Notes: generated from the sequence alone by a model not told the origin. DNA of 64,000 nt from Myxococcota bacterium (GCA_039208735.1 JBCCQY010000010.1:34039-98038); one strand, 5' to 3'; counted from the first letter of the stretch, positions 1-9,433 are shown. Translations and numbers: made by a program.

Positions 1-160
1 TGGCAAAGGCATCCCCCGCCAGAAACGCGCTGGGTCGCTGGACCACCATGGTTCCTCGAGGATCACCATCCTGAGGCGCCAACGCAAACCCGTGCGCATC
101 GCCCCCTGCGTCCTGCGCAAGGGCGACTTGGAGCCAGATTGTGCCCCACGCCAAACTCAA
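1..160 (-). CDS. 5' end of a secreted protein running off the window (possibly an outer-membrane/OmpA-type protein)
   Basis: Not in the ORF track. TTG at 160 preceded by GGAGGG; open to the window edge: LSLAWGTIWLQVALA|QDAGGDAHGFALAPQDGDPRG..., with a signal-peptide-like ALA-QD site. Confidence 0.5.
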   Translation of the reverse strand, partial: MSLAWGTIWLQVALAQDAGGDAHGFALAPQDGDPRGTMVVQRPSAFLAGDAFA

Positions 161-371
161 CCCGCCCTCCGCCCACAGCGTGCCGACGTATCTTCATCGG
201 CGCATCTGACGCGCCGCTTCGTCACGGGAATCGTGCTCATTCGCAAGTCGCCGCAACCAATGGTGGCTCCGTATCCGTAAGATCGATGTTGTGAAGACAC
301 ACGAGATGCTGCACCGCGTCCTCACGAAGCGTCACGGTTGGGTACGAGGTCGCAAGAGGCCGAGGAGTGAC

Positions 372-1373
372 GTGTTGCGGATTGCCCAGGTTGTCGTACT
401 CATCGCCATCGTCGTGGCCAGCGCCTGGTGGCTGGTGCAAGACCTCGACTGGGCGGTGGTCAGCGCGACCGTGGCGAGCGCCAATCCCCTCTACCTGCTC
501 GGCGTCGTGCTCCTGTTGGGGGTCAACCATGTGGCGCGCTCCTTGCGCATCGGTGCCTTGATCGAAGCGCCGATCGGCAATTGGGACCTCTTGCGCATTT
601 CGGCCGTGGCCTTCCTCGCCATCCAGCTGATTCCTTTTCGGCTTGGAGAGTTCGTTCGCCCTCAACTTCTCGTGCGCCATGGCGTGCCGTTTGGCGAAGG
701 ACTGGGCGCGATTGCCGTCGACCGAGTGCTCGACATCCTCATGCTGCTCGGTCTGATGGGCATCGTGGCGTTCGTCGTGCCGCTGCCGGCTAACGCTATC
801 GAGGTCAACGGCATCGATGTTGTGGCCGCGGGTCAGCGAGCCAGCGCCGTGGCGGTGACCATCGCGGGGCTGGGAATGGGCGCGTTGGCCGTAGCCGGGC
901 GTCCCATCCAAGCGTGGGTGTCGACCTTGCCCTGGATGGGACCAACGGCGGGACGTCTCGTGTCGGGGCTGGTCGACAGCTTTCAGCGCCTGGGCCATCG
1001 GCCCGCCTCGGGCTTCATCGCCCTGGCGTGGTCGATGCTGTCCTGGACCTCGACCATTGCGCTCGTGTGGGCCGCTCAGCATGCGTTTCCCGCCATCCCG
1101 ACCGCCTTGACCGTCAGTTTGGTTCTTTGGACCTCGATCATCACTGCGATGTCAGCCGTGCATACGCCCGGGTTCTTCGGGACGTTCGAAGCGGCCAGCG
1201 TGGCCGCGTTGGCCTTGTTCGGTACGGACCCGACCACGGCGAAAGCCTTTGCCTTGGTCTTTCACCTGGTCATGTTCGCGTTTGCCGTCGCGATTGCGGT
1301 GGGCTCGATGCTGTCGATGCGTCTATCGTTCGACGATCTTCGGCCCCCCAATCCTCAATCGAGCCCCTTGTAG
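372..1373 (+). CDS. Lysylphosphatidylglycerol synthase TM / flippase-like membrane protein (UPF0104 type)
   Basis: Multiple TM segments; IPFRLGEFVR, DRVLD and TPGFFGTFEA motifs; GTG at 372 after GAGGAG. Confidence 0.8.
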   Translation: MLRIAQVVVLIAIVVASAWWLVQDLDWAVVSATVASANPLYLLGVVLLLGVNHVARSLRIGALIEAPIGNWDLLRISAVAFLAIQLIPFRLGEFVRPQLLVRHGVPFGEGLGAIAVDRVLDILMLLGLMGIVAFVVPLPANAIEVNGIDVVAAGQRASAVAVTIAGLGMGALAVAGRPIQAWVSTLPWMGPTAGRLVSGLVDSFQRLGHRPASGFIALAWSMLSWTSTIALVWAAQHAFPAIPTALTVSLVLWTSIITAMSAVHTPGFFGTFEAASVAALALFGTDPTTAKAFALVFHLVMFAFAVAIAVGSMLSMRLSFDDLRPPNPQSSPL

Positions 1374-3154
1374 CCAAAGGCCACGGAAAGCCGTTCGTCG
1401 ATCACAAGAAGCTTCTCGAAGCGAACCGGCTGGCCATCGATGGGCAAGGTGACCCGCACTGGAGCCGCGCCCTGGCTCAACGCCCCCGACTGCGCTCGCG
1501 TCGCCGCATTCTGCTCCCGCTGCGCGCCTGCTTGGAGCTTGGCGTTGGGCACCGGACGGCTCAACGTCTTGACGTGCCGCAAGCTGCCATCCGGCTTGCC
1601 CTTCTGCTTTGCGCCCTCGGGCAGGTAGACGGTCCAGGCAACGTAGGTCGTCGGGGCATCCACCAGGGGAAGATCAGCCTCAAACCTGCCCTTACCCTTG
1701 CGATTCGGCGCTTGACCATTCTCTACGTACACCAGTTCAATGCCAAACGCAGCCAGTGACCCTTGGGCGGCCGCCGACCGAACGAGCGGCACGAGCAACT
1801 CGCCTTCGCCCGACAACGCAGGCTGGACGGCCCGGCCCGCGACGGACGCCGACCACAGCTCCGCCCCTTCGGGCAGCCGCGCCCGCAAGAATTGACGACG
1901 ATTGTTGCGCACCTGGTACTTCACCGAAGACAGCCGGCGCCCATCGCTCGTGAACATCGTCTGGGCGTTGACCTGGTCCACCAGGGTGACCAACACGTCC
2001 ACCTCGCGGTGTTCGCGAACTTCAAGGGGCAGCACCGCTTCGGTGCCGAAGTACTTGAAGCCGAGCAGCACGGGCTGTGTGGTCACACCTACGATGTTCC
2101 CCGGAAGCGTTCGCACATCGACGGGAACTGCACCGTCAATCGCTCCCGGTCGGATCTCAACGTTCGACAACGGCTGGACCCCCACAAATCCCTTCGACCG
2201 TTCAACCCCGAGGGGAGCGATGAGGGGGGCGGTGACAGAACCGTCTTCGAGCAACCGTTCGAGTTCGATCGTGAGCGCGTACTGCCCTTCCGCCGCGAAG
2301 TTCAGCGATGCGGTGAGCGTGCCAGACTCATCGACCGACCAGTCCTGAAGCCCGGCTCCTCGTACGTCGAGCACCGTCATGCCATCAGGAATGGCGGTGC
2401 GAAACCGATCCACGCCCGTAAACAAGATCGTGTGTTCGATGGTCGTGCGAGTCGTCAACAGCCCATCACCGACCCCCACCAAGGTGTGCACCTCGGCGTA
2501 GACTCGCGGATCGAGCTTTGCGGTCTCCTCGACCTCTCGCTTCCACATGACCTGCAAGGTGCCCACCGAAGGGAGCGAGGCCTCCACGATGCGGTTTCCG
2601 CCAAGCTTGCGGTCCGATTTCAGTTTGGCATTCGCCACCGTAAAGTCGAGATCTTCGCTCGAAGGAACCGAGAGGACCAATTCCGCGGCCCCCGCACTCA
2701 TAAGGGGAAACGAAAACCCGGTGTTTCCACCCGATGTGGTAACGGCCGCCGCGAAGTCGATGTCCACGTCGAACGCCCCCCGGCGGTCCGTCACCAGGCG
2801 GTACTGCCCCCCATCGAGCACCACCGGAGCGGTCTGACCCCCGATCGTTGCTTCCCGAACCGCGACGGTGCCGGGGAGCAACGGGACGCGAATCCACCCG
2901 CCGTCCGTCCGCAGGTTCTGGACGCGGAACCGTCCCCGAAACACCGCCGAGGTAGGCTCGCCGTCGTCCAACACCACGCGACCGTTGTAGCGCGCCTGAG
3001 CGAGGGCGAAATCCTGCGGAGGCTTCGGATCAGGGGTTCGATCCTTCGTGGCCTCGTACAACTTGAGGAACTCTTCGAGCCCCATGGTGACTTGTTCAGG
3101 CGCGGGCTGTGCAGTCGCCACGCCCAGCCATGCGCCAATCAGTGCGAGAATCAT
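1355..3154 (-). CDS. Secreted beta-rich hypothetical protein (paralog of 3151-5301)
   Basis: Signal peptide MILALIGAWLGVATA|QP; AGGAGG RBS; ATGA overlap with the upstream gene. Confidence 0.75.
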   Translation of the reverse strand: MILALIGAWLGVATAQPAPEQVTMGLEEFLKLYEATKDRTPDPKPPQDFALAQARYNGRVVLDDGEPTSAVFRGRFRVQNLRTDGGWIRVPLLPGTVAVREATIGGQTAPVVLDGGQYRLVTDRRGAFDVDIDFAAAVTTSGGNTGFSFPLMSAGAAELVLSVPSSEDLDFTVANAKLKSDRKLGGNRIVEASLPSVGTLQVMWKREVEETAKLDPRVYAEVHTLVGVGDGLLTTRTTIEHTILFTGVDRFRTAIPDGMTVLDVRGAGLQDWSVDESGTLTASLNFAAEGQYALTIELERLLEDGSVTAPLIAPLGVERSKGFVGVQPLSNVEIRPGAIDGAVPVDVRTLPGNIVGVTTQPVLLGFKYFGTEAVLPLEVREHREVDVLVTLVDQVNAQTMFTSDGRRLSSVKYQVRNNRRQFLRARLPEGAELWSASVAGRAVQPALSGEGELLVPLVRSAAAQGSLAAFGIELVYVENGQAPNRKGKGRFEADLPLVDAPTTYVAWTVYLPEGAKQKGKPDGSLRHVKTLSRPVPNAKLQAGAQREQNAATRAQSGALSQGAAPVRVTLPIDGQPVRFEKLLVIDERLSVAFGYKGLD

Positions 3155-5301
3155 GGGTTCCTCCTGGGTTTCCTGACACACAAGGTCAGGGTTGGGGTTT
3201 CGTTTGCCGGCAGCAAAACGCGTTGGAATCGGACTTCAGTCCCCGACAATGGCACGAGGACCGACGCTGTCGTGGCCTGCACAATGAGGGGCGGGAGAGG
3301 GGCCTCGGCCGGCTCCGCCTTGGGCATCCGTTCCGTGCGGGTCGCGGGAGCCCCCGTGGTGGTCGACAGGTCGCTCAGCTTCTGCCGAATGTCGGTGTTC
3401 TGCGTTTGCTGAACGACGTCTTCTTCGGCGGCGATGCGTTCGAGCCGATCGCCAATCGCCAGAGCCGATTCATAGGATCGGCGGGCATTTTTGTAGTCGC
3501 CCTTTGCCAGATACTCGTCGGCCTCGTCGACGGCCTGTCGTTGTTCAATGAGATCTCGTTCTGCACGGGCTCGGGCCAGCGACTTGAGGCGTCGGGTGGC
3601 GGCCTTCTCGGCTTGCGTGACCTCCGACGCCTCCTCTTCGCTGGGCCCCTGCACCACTGCGAGGTTGGAGCGCAAACGGCTCACATCGGCGTTGTCAGCC
3701 CCGATCGCATCGAGCTGGTCGACATACTGCTGACTTAGGTCGAACCGGTTGTCGAGCCACGCGTCTACAGCTCCCTGCAGCAGGGCATCCGCTTGGCTGG
3801 CTCGGCCATCTCCGTCCCGAAAGCCGTAGTTAATCCCGTTGCCTTCGGTGAACTCGTCGACCACACCTTGCTTGCCGATCTCCACGCGTGGATGAACCCC
3901 CGGGGGCAACCCCAGACGCGCCCGATGCACCGCGACCGGCGCGTCATAGGCCGGTAGGGCCACCACCATTTCGCCGCGCTTGGGCCAGGGCTCCGTGGTG
4001 CCGAGATAGGCCAGCTCGACCGGAAACGACAGGGACCCCTGCACACTCTGTACGGACCGGGCAAGGGGCACGAGCACCTGTCCGTCGTCGAGTTCCGTCA
4101 CCAAGGCGGTCTTGCCCTTGACCCGCGCGCTGACGAGCCGCATCCCAGGGGGCGGACGCACGGTCAGAAAGGCGCCGCGATCGTTACGAACGGCCAGTCG
4201 CGACCGCAGAAGCAGGCCCCCCGATGCACTGGTCGCCACCTCGGACTCGATCACGTCGATGACGGTAGGGGGCTGGTCCACCAGCGTGGTTCGCAGGAGC
4301 TGCAGCCTCGCGCGAGCCGCCTGGCTCCCGAGGTAGGCGGCGGTGGGTGCACCATCGACGAGTCCACGCGCCCACGGCGGCAGGGCCGACGCCACCACCG
4401 GGGTCATTCCTATTGGAGCGGGGAGAACTTCACGGTCGGTGTCTCGGGCAATTTGAAGGGCCGTCGTCTCGCGAAAGATTCCCTGCAACGCGGGTAGTGA
4501 CACGCTCACCTGCGCGTCCGCCCCCGGTGGCAAATCGCTCGTCCACGTCGCTTGCAAATCCACCAAGCTGCGCTCGGGACGGGCAAGCGTGACCACGACA
4601 CGATTGCCCTGCACCTGCAGACCCGCCATCTGGTCCCCTTCGAGTTCGAGGTCCGCAGGCACCTGGGCCATGGTGAACACCACCTGCTTCACCGCCCCAC
4701 GGGCCACTCGAAACCGAAGTCGCGCCTTCGCGGCCAAGGACGCATCCCGCACGGTCAATCCCACGGCGGACTCCCCGAGGACCACGGTCCCTTGTGCCTG
4801 ACGGGGTGGAGGGGTGGCTTGCAACGTCGTCCGCGGCCCGACCCACCAAGTGTTGGCCTTCACCTTCGGCGCATTGGTCACGTAGGCCGTGCCCACCACG
4901 GTGAGCGCTGCGCCGGCGGGGGTCTGCAAGACCGACGTCCGGGGTGGAACGAAGCTCCGAACTCGCAATTCCGCCGCCCCATCGACAGGAAACGCCGCCA
5001 CCCACGCGTCGCCTTGAAGGGTCACCGGAACGTCCTTGCCATCAACCGTCACCCGATCCAGCGTGACCTGACGAGGAGCCACGGGGACAATGAGGTAGCC
5101 ATCCCGTGGCGCGACGACCGGATTCGTCACATCGAGCAACCACCGTTGGGTGTCGAGCGAGGCCGTGCCCGGCAAGACCATCGGAGGCGGCGGCGGTGAG
5201 ACCGTCGTTGAGTCGTCTGGAAAGAGCAATGGCCAACGACGCTTCTCGAGCCGCACTTCTGCGGCTTCGGCAAGCGCCATGACCATGCAAAGTCCCCACA
5301 T
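3151..5301 (-). CDS. Secreted hypothetical protein with C-terminal TPR-like/coiled-coil insert (paralog of 1355-3154)
   Basis: 716 aa ORF with signal-like N-terminus and GGAGGG RBS; helical EADEYLAKGDYKNARRSYESAL segment. Confidence 0.75.
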   Translation of the reverse strand: MWGLCMVMALAEAAEVRLEKRRWPLLFPDDSTTVSPPPPPMVLPGTASLDTQRWLLDVTNPVVAPRDGYLIVPVAPRQVTLDRVTVDGKDVPVTLQGDAWVAAFPVDGAAELRVRSFVPPRTSVLQTPAGAALTVVGTAYVTNAPKVKANTWWVGPRTTLQATPPPRQAQGTVVLGESAVGLTVRDASLAAKARLRFRVARGAVKQVVFTMAQVPADLELEGDQMAGLQVQGNRVVVTLARPERSLVDLQATWTSDLPPGADAQVSVSLPALQGIFRETTALQIARDTDREVLPAPIGMTPVVASALPPWARGLVDGAPTAAYLGSQAARARLQLLRTTLVDQPPTVIDVIESEVATSASGGLLLRSRLAVRNDRGAFLTVRPPPGMRLVSARVKGKTALVTELDDGQVLVPLARSVQSVQGSLSFPVELAYLGTTEPWPKRGEMVVALPAYDAPVAVHRARLGLPPGVHPRVEIGKQGVVDEFTEGNGINYGFRDGDGRASQADALLQGAVDAWLDNRFDLSQQYVDQLDAIGADNADVSRLRSNLAVVQGPSEEEASEVTQAEKAATRRLKSLARARAERDLIEQRQAVDEADEYLAKGDYKNARRSYESALAIGDRLERIAAEEDVVQQTQNTDIRQKLSDLSTTTGAPATRTERMPKAEPAEAPLPPLIVQATTASVLVPLSGTEVRFQRVLLPANETPTLTLCVRKPRRNP

Positions 5302-5395
5302 TCACGCCCTCCCGCCACGCCGTTTGTCGCGCCGGCGTCTATCCGATTCCGGTGTCGCGATCGCACGCACCGCAAACGGGGAAGGGAAACGGGAC

Positions 5396-5932
5396 TTACA
5401 GGTAGGGCTCCCATTCTGGGGGCGCGTCTCCGACGACCATGCCGCGCCGACCGAGCTGCAACGCAGACGGTTCCCGTGGCGTTTCACGCAACGGCATGCC
5501 GGCCTCGTCGGGCGTCTGATTGCCTTTGCGGCGATTGCACGCCGGACAGGCGGTCACCACATTGGACCATTCGGTTCGGCCCCCACGCGAGCGGGGCTGG
5601 ATGTGGTCGATGGTGAGCTGCGCCGACGTGCCTTCCTGACCGCAATAGCCACACGCATATCCATCACGTAGAAGGACGTTGCGCCGCGTGGGCGGGACGA
5701 CCTGGGGCAGTCGGTGCATCCAGCCAGGCACCCGGATGACGGCGGGAATGGGGAATTCTGCGTGAGCGGTGCGAATCGTGCGCTCATAGTACTCGAGCAC
5801 TTCGACACGGTCACCGAGGTCGAGACACACCGCACGTCGCCAGCCAATCGCTCGTAAGGGCCTGAACGCCTTGTCGAGAAGCAAGGCGCGACACAACTCC
5901 AGCGGAAGGATGGAGACCACCACAGCAGACAC
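5396..5932 (-). CDS. HNH endonuclease (McrA-like)
   Basis: RRNVLLRDGYACGYCG...TIDHIQPRSRGG...WSNVVTACPACNRRKG. Confidence 0.9.
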   Translation of the reverse strand: MSAVVVSILPLELCRALLLDKAFRPLRAIGWRRAVCLDLGDRVEVLEYYERTIRTAHAEFPIPAVIRVPGWMHRLPQVVPPTRRNVLLRDGYACGYCGQEGTSAQLTIDHIQPRSRGGRTEWSNVVTACPACNRRKGNQTPDEAGMPLRETPREPSALQLGRRGMVVGDAPPEWEPYL

Positions 5933-5961
5933 TTATCGCATTGCACCGTTAAAGACCGGGC

Positions 5962-7227
5962 GTGAACGGAACCCAGCTCCCCGAAATCGTGACTCCGGTC
6001 CCCGGCCCAGAATCCGTGGCCCGCATCGACGTGCTCGCACGCCACGAATGCCCTGCCATCACCGCGCGCCGGGCCCGACGGGCCGAGCACCTTGGGACAG
6101 CAAATGACGATCCGGTGGTCTGGGACGAGGCCGTAGGGTCGAACATCCGCGACGTCGACGGAAATCGATTCGTGGACTGGTTGTCCGGCTTCGGGGTCAC
6201 CCTCGTCGGCCATCGGCATCCTACGGTGGTCGCAGCCGCCCAAGCGCAAGCGGACAAGTTGCCCCACGCGATGGGCGACGCCTGGCCCGACCAGTCCCGC
6301 ATCCGATTGCTGGAACGGCTCGCCGCCTTCGCCCCCGACCCCTTGTCGGTCATCGTGCTGGGGCTTTCGGGGTCCGATGCCATCGATGCCGCGGTGAAAA
6401 CCGCCCGATTGGCCACCGGTCGCGCCGGGGTTCTCACCTTCGAAGGCGGCTACCATGGCTTGGCTTTGGGTGTGGTGGGCCTTCAAAGCGCACGGCCCCA
6501 GTTCACCGAGCCGTTTGCCGACATCGTGCATCCCCACGTTCATCGATTGCCCCTCGGTGCGTCGCCGCACGACGTCGAGGCGCTCTTGCAGCACGGGGAG
6601 ATCGGGCTCGTGCTGGGTGAACCGATGCAGGGTCGCGGCGGGTTTCGGGAGGCTCCGCAGGGATTTTGGGCCGAAACCGCGGCCATCGCTCGTCGACACG
6701 GTGCCTTGTTTGCCTTCGACGAAGTGCTGACCGGGATGGGACGCACCGGCGTGCCGTTCGCCTGTACCGATGAAGGGGTCATCCCCGACCTCCTTTGCGT
6801 AGGCAAAGCACTCGCTGGAGGATGGCCTCTGTCGGCATGCATCGGAACCCCCGAGGCCATGGCCGCGTGGGGAGCGAGTCAGGGCGAGGCCATCCATACG
6901 CAGACCTTCCTCGGTCATCCGGTAGGATGCGCCGCCGCGCTCGGCGTCTTTGAGCTGTTCGACCAGGGCTTACTCGACGCGATTCAAGCTCGATCCCGCG
7001 CCCTCGACGACCGGTTCGAGGGACTTCGGGGACGGGGCCTCATGCGCGCCTTGGCCCTCCGACCAGGCAGTGATGCCCTCGCAGTGAGCCGACAGCTCCT
7101 GCAGGAGGGGCATCTCATCCTGCCGGCCGACGCCGAGTCGCTGCAGATCACGCCCGCCGTGACGTTGTCGGATGCCCAAATCGACCACTTCGCGGGTCGT
7201 CTTGAAGGGTTGGGAGCACTGTTGTGA
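5962..7227 (+). CDS. Class III PLP aminotransferase (GabT/ArgD-like)
   Basis: DVDGNRFVD, EGGYHG, EPMQGRGG, FDEVLTGMGRTG, PDLLCVGKALAGG (PLP Lys), HTQTFLGHP. Confidence 0.9.
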   Translation: MNGTQLPEIVTPVPGPESVARIDVLARHECPAITARRARRAEHLGTANDDPVVWDEAVGSNIRDVDGNRFVDWLSGFGVTLVGHRHPTVVAAAQAQADKLPHAMGDAWPDQSRIRLLERLAAFAPDPLSVIVLGLSGSDAIDAAVKTARLATGRAGVLTFEGGYHGLALGVVGLQSARPQFTEPFADIVHPHVHRLPLGASPHDVEALLQHGEIGLVLGEPMQGRGGFREAPQGFWAETAAIARRHGALFAFDEVLTGMGRTGVPFACTDEGVIPDLLCVGKALAGGWPLSACIGTPEAMAAWGASQGEAIHTQTFLGHPVGCAAALGVFELFDQGLLDAIQARSRALDDRFEGLRGRGLMRALALRPGSDALAVSRQLLQEGHLILPADAESLQITPAVTLSDAQIDHFAGRLEGLGALL

Positions 7228-8234
7228 ACTGGACTGGCCCTGCTCTTGCGCTCGCCGAGCGCATCCTTGCCTTCATGGAGGCGTCACTGAAAGGAGAGGT
7301 GCCCGAACCCTTCGAAGCGTTGGCGCTCGATATCCACGCGTTCCAAACCGAGCGGGCGCCGGTCGTCGCGGCGCTGCGTCCCGACCGCGTGGACCACTGG
7401 ACCCAGATCCCTGCGGTGCCGGTTGGCTTGTTCAAGGACCTTCCGGTGGGAACCCTCCAGGCGGACGAACCAGCCACGGTCTTCCGCACGTCAGGCACGA
7501 CCGGCGGAGGTCGTGGGGTCCATCGGATTCGGAGCACCGCCTTGTATGACCAAGGTGCATTGGCGTGGGCTCGACGTTGTGTACCAGGTGCGCCGGCCCG
7601 TATCGTGGCCCTCCTCGACGACGCCCGGCAGGTGCCCGACGCCTCGCTTTCGCACATGGTTGCGCAGTTCGGCGAGGCCACCTGGACCGTAGACAACGGC
7701 GTGCTCGACGTGGCCGCAACGCAGCAAGCGACGCTGGGCGAGGCGGTATTCGTCACCACGACAGCCTTCGCCATGGCCGAGTACCTCGACAGTGGGCCAC
7801 CCCCATTGCCCCCCGGCTCGGTGGTGATGGTGACCGGCGGCTTCAAGGGACGGGTGCATCGGCTCGAAGGCGCATCCCTCTACCGCGCCATCCGGGAACG
7901 TCTGGCCCCCGCGCGACTGGTCACAGAATACGGCATGACCGAGCTTTCGAGCCAACTCTGGGGGACTCCCCAAACGGCTTACGCCCCGCCCCCATGGCTC
8001 AAGGTGCTCGCGGTGAACCCCGTGACCGGAGAGGTCCTGCCGGCCGGTACCGAAGGGCAGCTCCGGTTTGTGGACCTTGCGAACCTCGACAGCACTATCG
8101 GTATCGAGACCATGGACGCCGGGGTCGTGCGGCCCGACGGCACCGTCGAGCTACGCGGTCGCTTGGCCGGCGCCCCCTCTCGAGGGTGTTCGCTCACGGT
8201 GGAGGAAGCATGGGGCCGCGCCTCGAACGCGTAG
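7224..8234 (+). CDS. Acyl-protein synthetase, LuxE-like
   Basis: IPAVPVGLFK, FRTSGTTG, EYGMTELSSQ, C-terminal GR...RGCS; GTGA overlap with the aminotransferase. Confidence 0.85.
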   Translation: MNWTGPALALAERILAFMEASLKGEVPEPFEALALDIHAFQTERAPVVAALRPDRVDHWTQIPAVPVGLFKDLPVGTLQADEPATVFRTSGTTGGGRGVHRIRSTALYDQGALAWARRCVPGAPARIVALLDDARQVPDASLSHMVAQFGEATWTVDNGVLDVAATQQATLGEAVFVTTTAFAMAEYLDSGPPPLPPGSVVMVTGGFKGRVHRLEGASLYRAIRERLAPARLVTEYGMTELSSQLWGTPQTAYAPPPWLKVLAVNPVTGEVLPAGTEGQLRFVDLANLDSTIGIETMDAGVVRPDGTVELRGRLAGAPSRGCSLTVEEAWGRASNA

Positions 8235-9205
8235 TGGCGTGGCTTGAGGCCCTGCACCACTTCGACCCGGCCCCGCGCTGTCCGCATTTGTCGGCGCAGG
8301 GCGCCCGTGCGGCGTGGGAAGCCGCGCTGGCCTCGCTGACCCCCGAAGCCCTCACTCGGGCCGTGACGCGTCCAGGGGAGCCCTACGACCGTGCGGTGAT
8401 GGTCGTGGCGCGTACCGTCTTTACCGCTCCCCTCGAATGGGCGGCCGTGCTCCTCGCTCGGGGGACCGAACTGACCCTCAAGCCCTCGTCCGCCGATGCT
8501 GGATTTGCAGAGGAACTCGTGCAAATGGCCCAGGCGCAAGGCCTCCCTCTCTTTGCGACCTCCGACCGCGACATCGTTGGCCAGTTGCCTCTCGTCGTGG
8601 TCATGGGAACCGATGAAACGGTCGATCAGGTGCGTGCAGCCGCGGCTCCAGACGCCCGTGTCCTCGGATTTGGCCATCGTTTCGGGGCCGCGTACCTCAC
8701 GACCGCAGAGGGCTTTGCCGCAATCGGCCCTGACCTTGCTCTTCACGACGGCCTTGGCTGCATGTCACCCGCGATGGTCTTTACCGACTGGCCAGAAGAC
8801 GAGGCCACCGCTGCCTTGGCGCAATCCTGGCGTGCGATCGACGCCCAGTGGCCGAGCGGCCCCATCGACCCCATTGCGGGCGCGCAAATCCGCCAGCGTG
8901 AGGCATTGGCCCGCGTACTGGGTCAGGTCAGCAAGGACCGGGGGTGGTCCGTTCACGCCCTGCCGCGCGACCGGTTCGCTCCGGGAGCCCTCCCGCGCAG
9001 CGTGGTCGTCCACGCGATGAGCCACCGCGAACACGTCGAAACGGTGTTTCGAGACCACGAAAAGCAGCTATCGACGGTAGGTACCGACGACCCTCACCTC
9101 AGCGTTCCCGACTCGGCACGGGTCTGTCGCCCTGGCGAAATGCAACGACCGCCACTGGTGCGTTTCCACGATGGGGTCGATTGGCTCGGTGCGACACTCC
9201 GTTGA
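8210..9205 (+). CDS. Acyl-CoA reductase, LuxC-like
   Basis: ATG 8210 after GGAGGA; LKPSS, MGTDETV, GFGHRFG, LHDGLGCMSP (catalytic Cys), RVCRPGEMQRPP...HDG. Confidence 0.8.
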   Translation: MGPRLERVVAWLEALHHFDPAPRCPHLSAQGARAAWEAALASLTPEALTRAVTRPGEPYDRAVMVVARTVFTAPLEWAAVLLARGTELTLKPSSADAGFAEELVQMAQAQGLPLFATSDRDIVGQLPLVVVMGTDETVDQVRAAAAPDARVLGFGHRFGAAYLTTAEGFAAIGPDLALHDGLGCMSPAMVFTDWPEDEATAALAQSWRAIDAQWPSGPIDPIAGAQIRQREALARVLGQVSKDRGWSVHALPRDRFAPGALPRSVVVHAMSHREHVETVFRDHEKQLSTVGTDDPHLSVPDSARVCRPGEMQRPPLVRFHDGVDWLGATLR

Positions 9206-9242
9206 AAAATTGTTGACACCTCACCGAGCCGACAGCCACAGT
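9205..9242 (+). promoter_or_regulatory. Sigma70-like promoter (A-tract, TTGACA, 18 nt spacer, CACAGT) oriented antisense to the tRNA
   Basis: Perfect TTGACA at 9213-9218 preceded by AAAAATTG in a GC-rich genome; weak -10 at 9237-9242. Confidence 0.35.
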
Positions 9243-9243
9243 G

Positions 9244-9351
9244 CGTTCCGAACGGTCGATGGGCCCGCCAGGACTCGAACCTGGGCACTGCCGGGTATGA
9301 GCCGGCTGCTCTGACCAACTGAGCTACAGGCCCTCGAACCAGTTCGGAACG
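9244..9351. repeat. Inverted repeat arms flanking the tRNA (9244-9259 and 9334-9351)
   Basis: CGTTCCGAAC (9244-9253) is the exact reverse complement of GTTCGGAACG (9342-9351); TCGA abuts both tRNA ends. Confidence 0.8.
9260..9333 (-). tRNA. tRNA with CAU anticodon, most likely tRNA-Ile2 (lysidine type); CCA not encoded
   Basis: Minus strand GGGCCTG-TA-GCTCAGTTGGTCAGAGC-A-GCCGG-CTCATAC-CCGGC-AGTGC-CCAGGTTCGAGTCCTGG-CGGGCCC-A. G1:C72 is paired, so it is not an initiator. C4:G69 and C5:G68 match TilS determinants. Confidence 0.9.
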
Positions 9352-9433
9352 TCATGACGTCCGGTACGGACCAGATACCGCAAGTTTGACGAGATTTTAA
9401 CAACCGCGGAGTGAGCACTCCCTGAGATCCGCT

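Noticed and set aside
5396..5932. HNH nuclease as a mobile element or defence system
   Set aside because: Common stand-alone McrA-like type with no methyltransferase, intron, repeat or other defence gene adjacent.
7224..9205. Bioluminescence operon
   Set aside because: luxA/luxB/luxD are absent. LuxE/LuxC homologs are common outside luminous bacteria, and ribD is several kb away in a separate housekeeping operon.
9260..9333. tRNA as an integration site of a genomic island
   Set aside because: No integrase and no duplicated tRNA 3' end noticed in the window.
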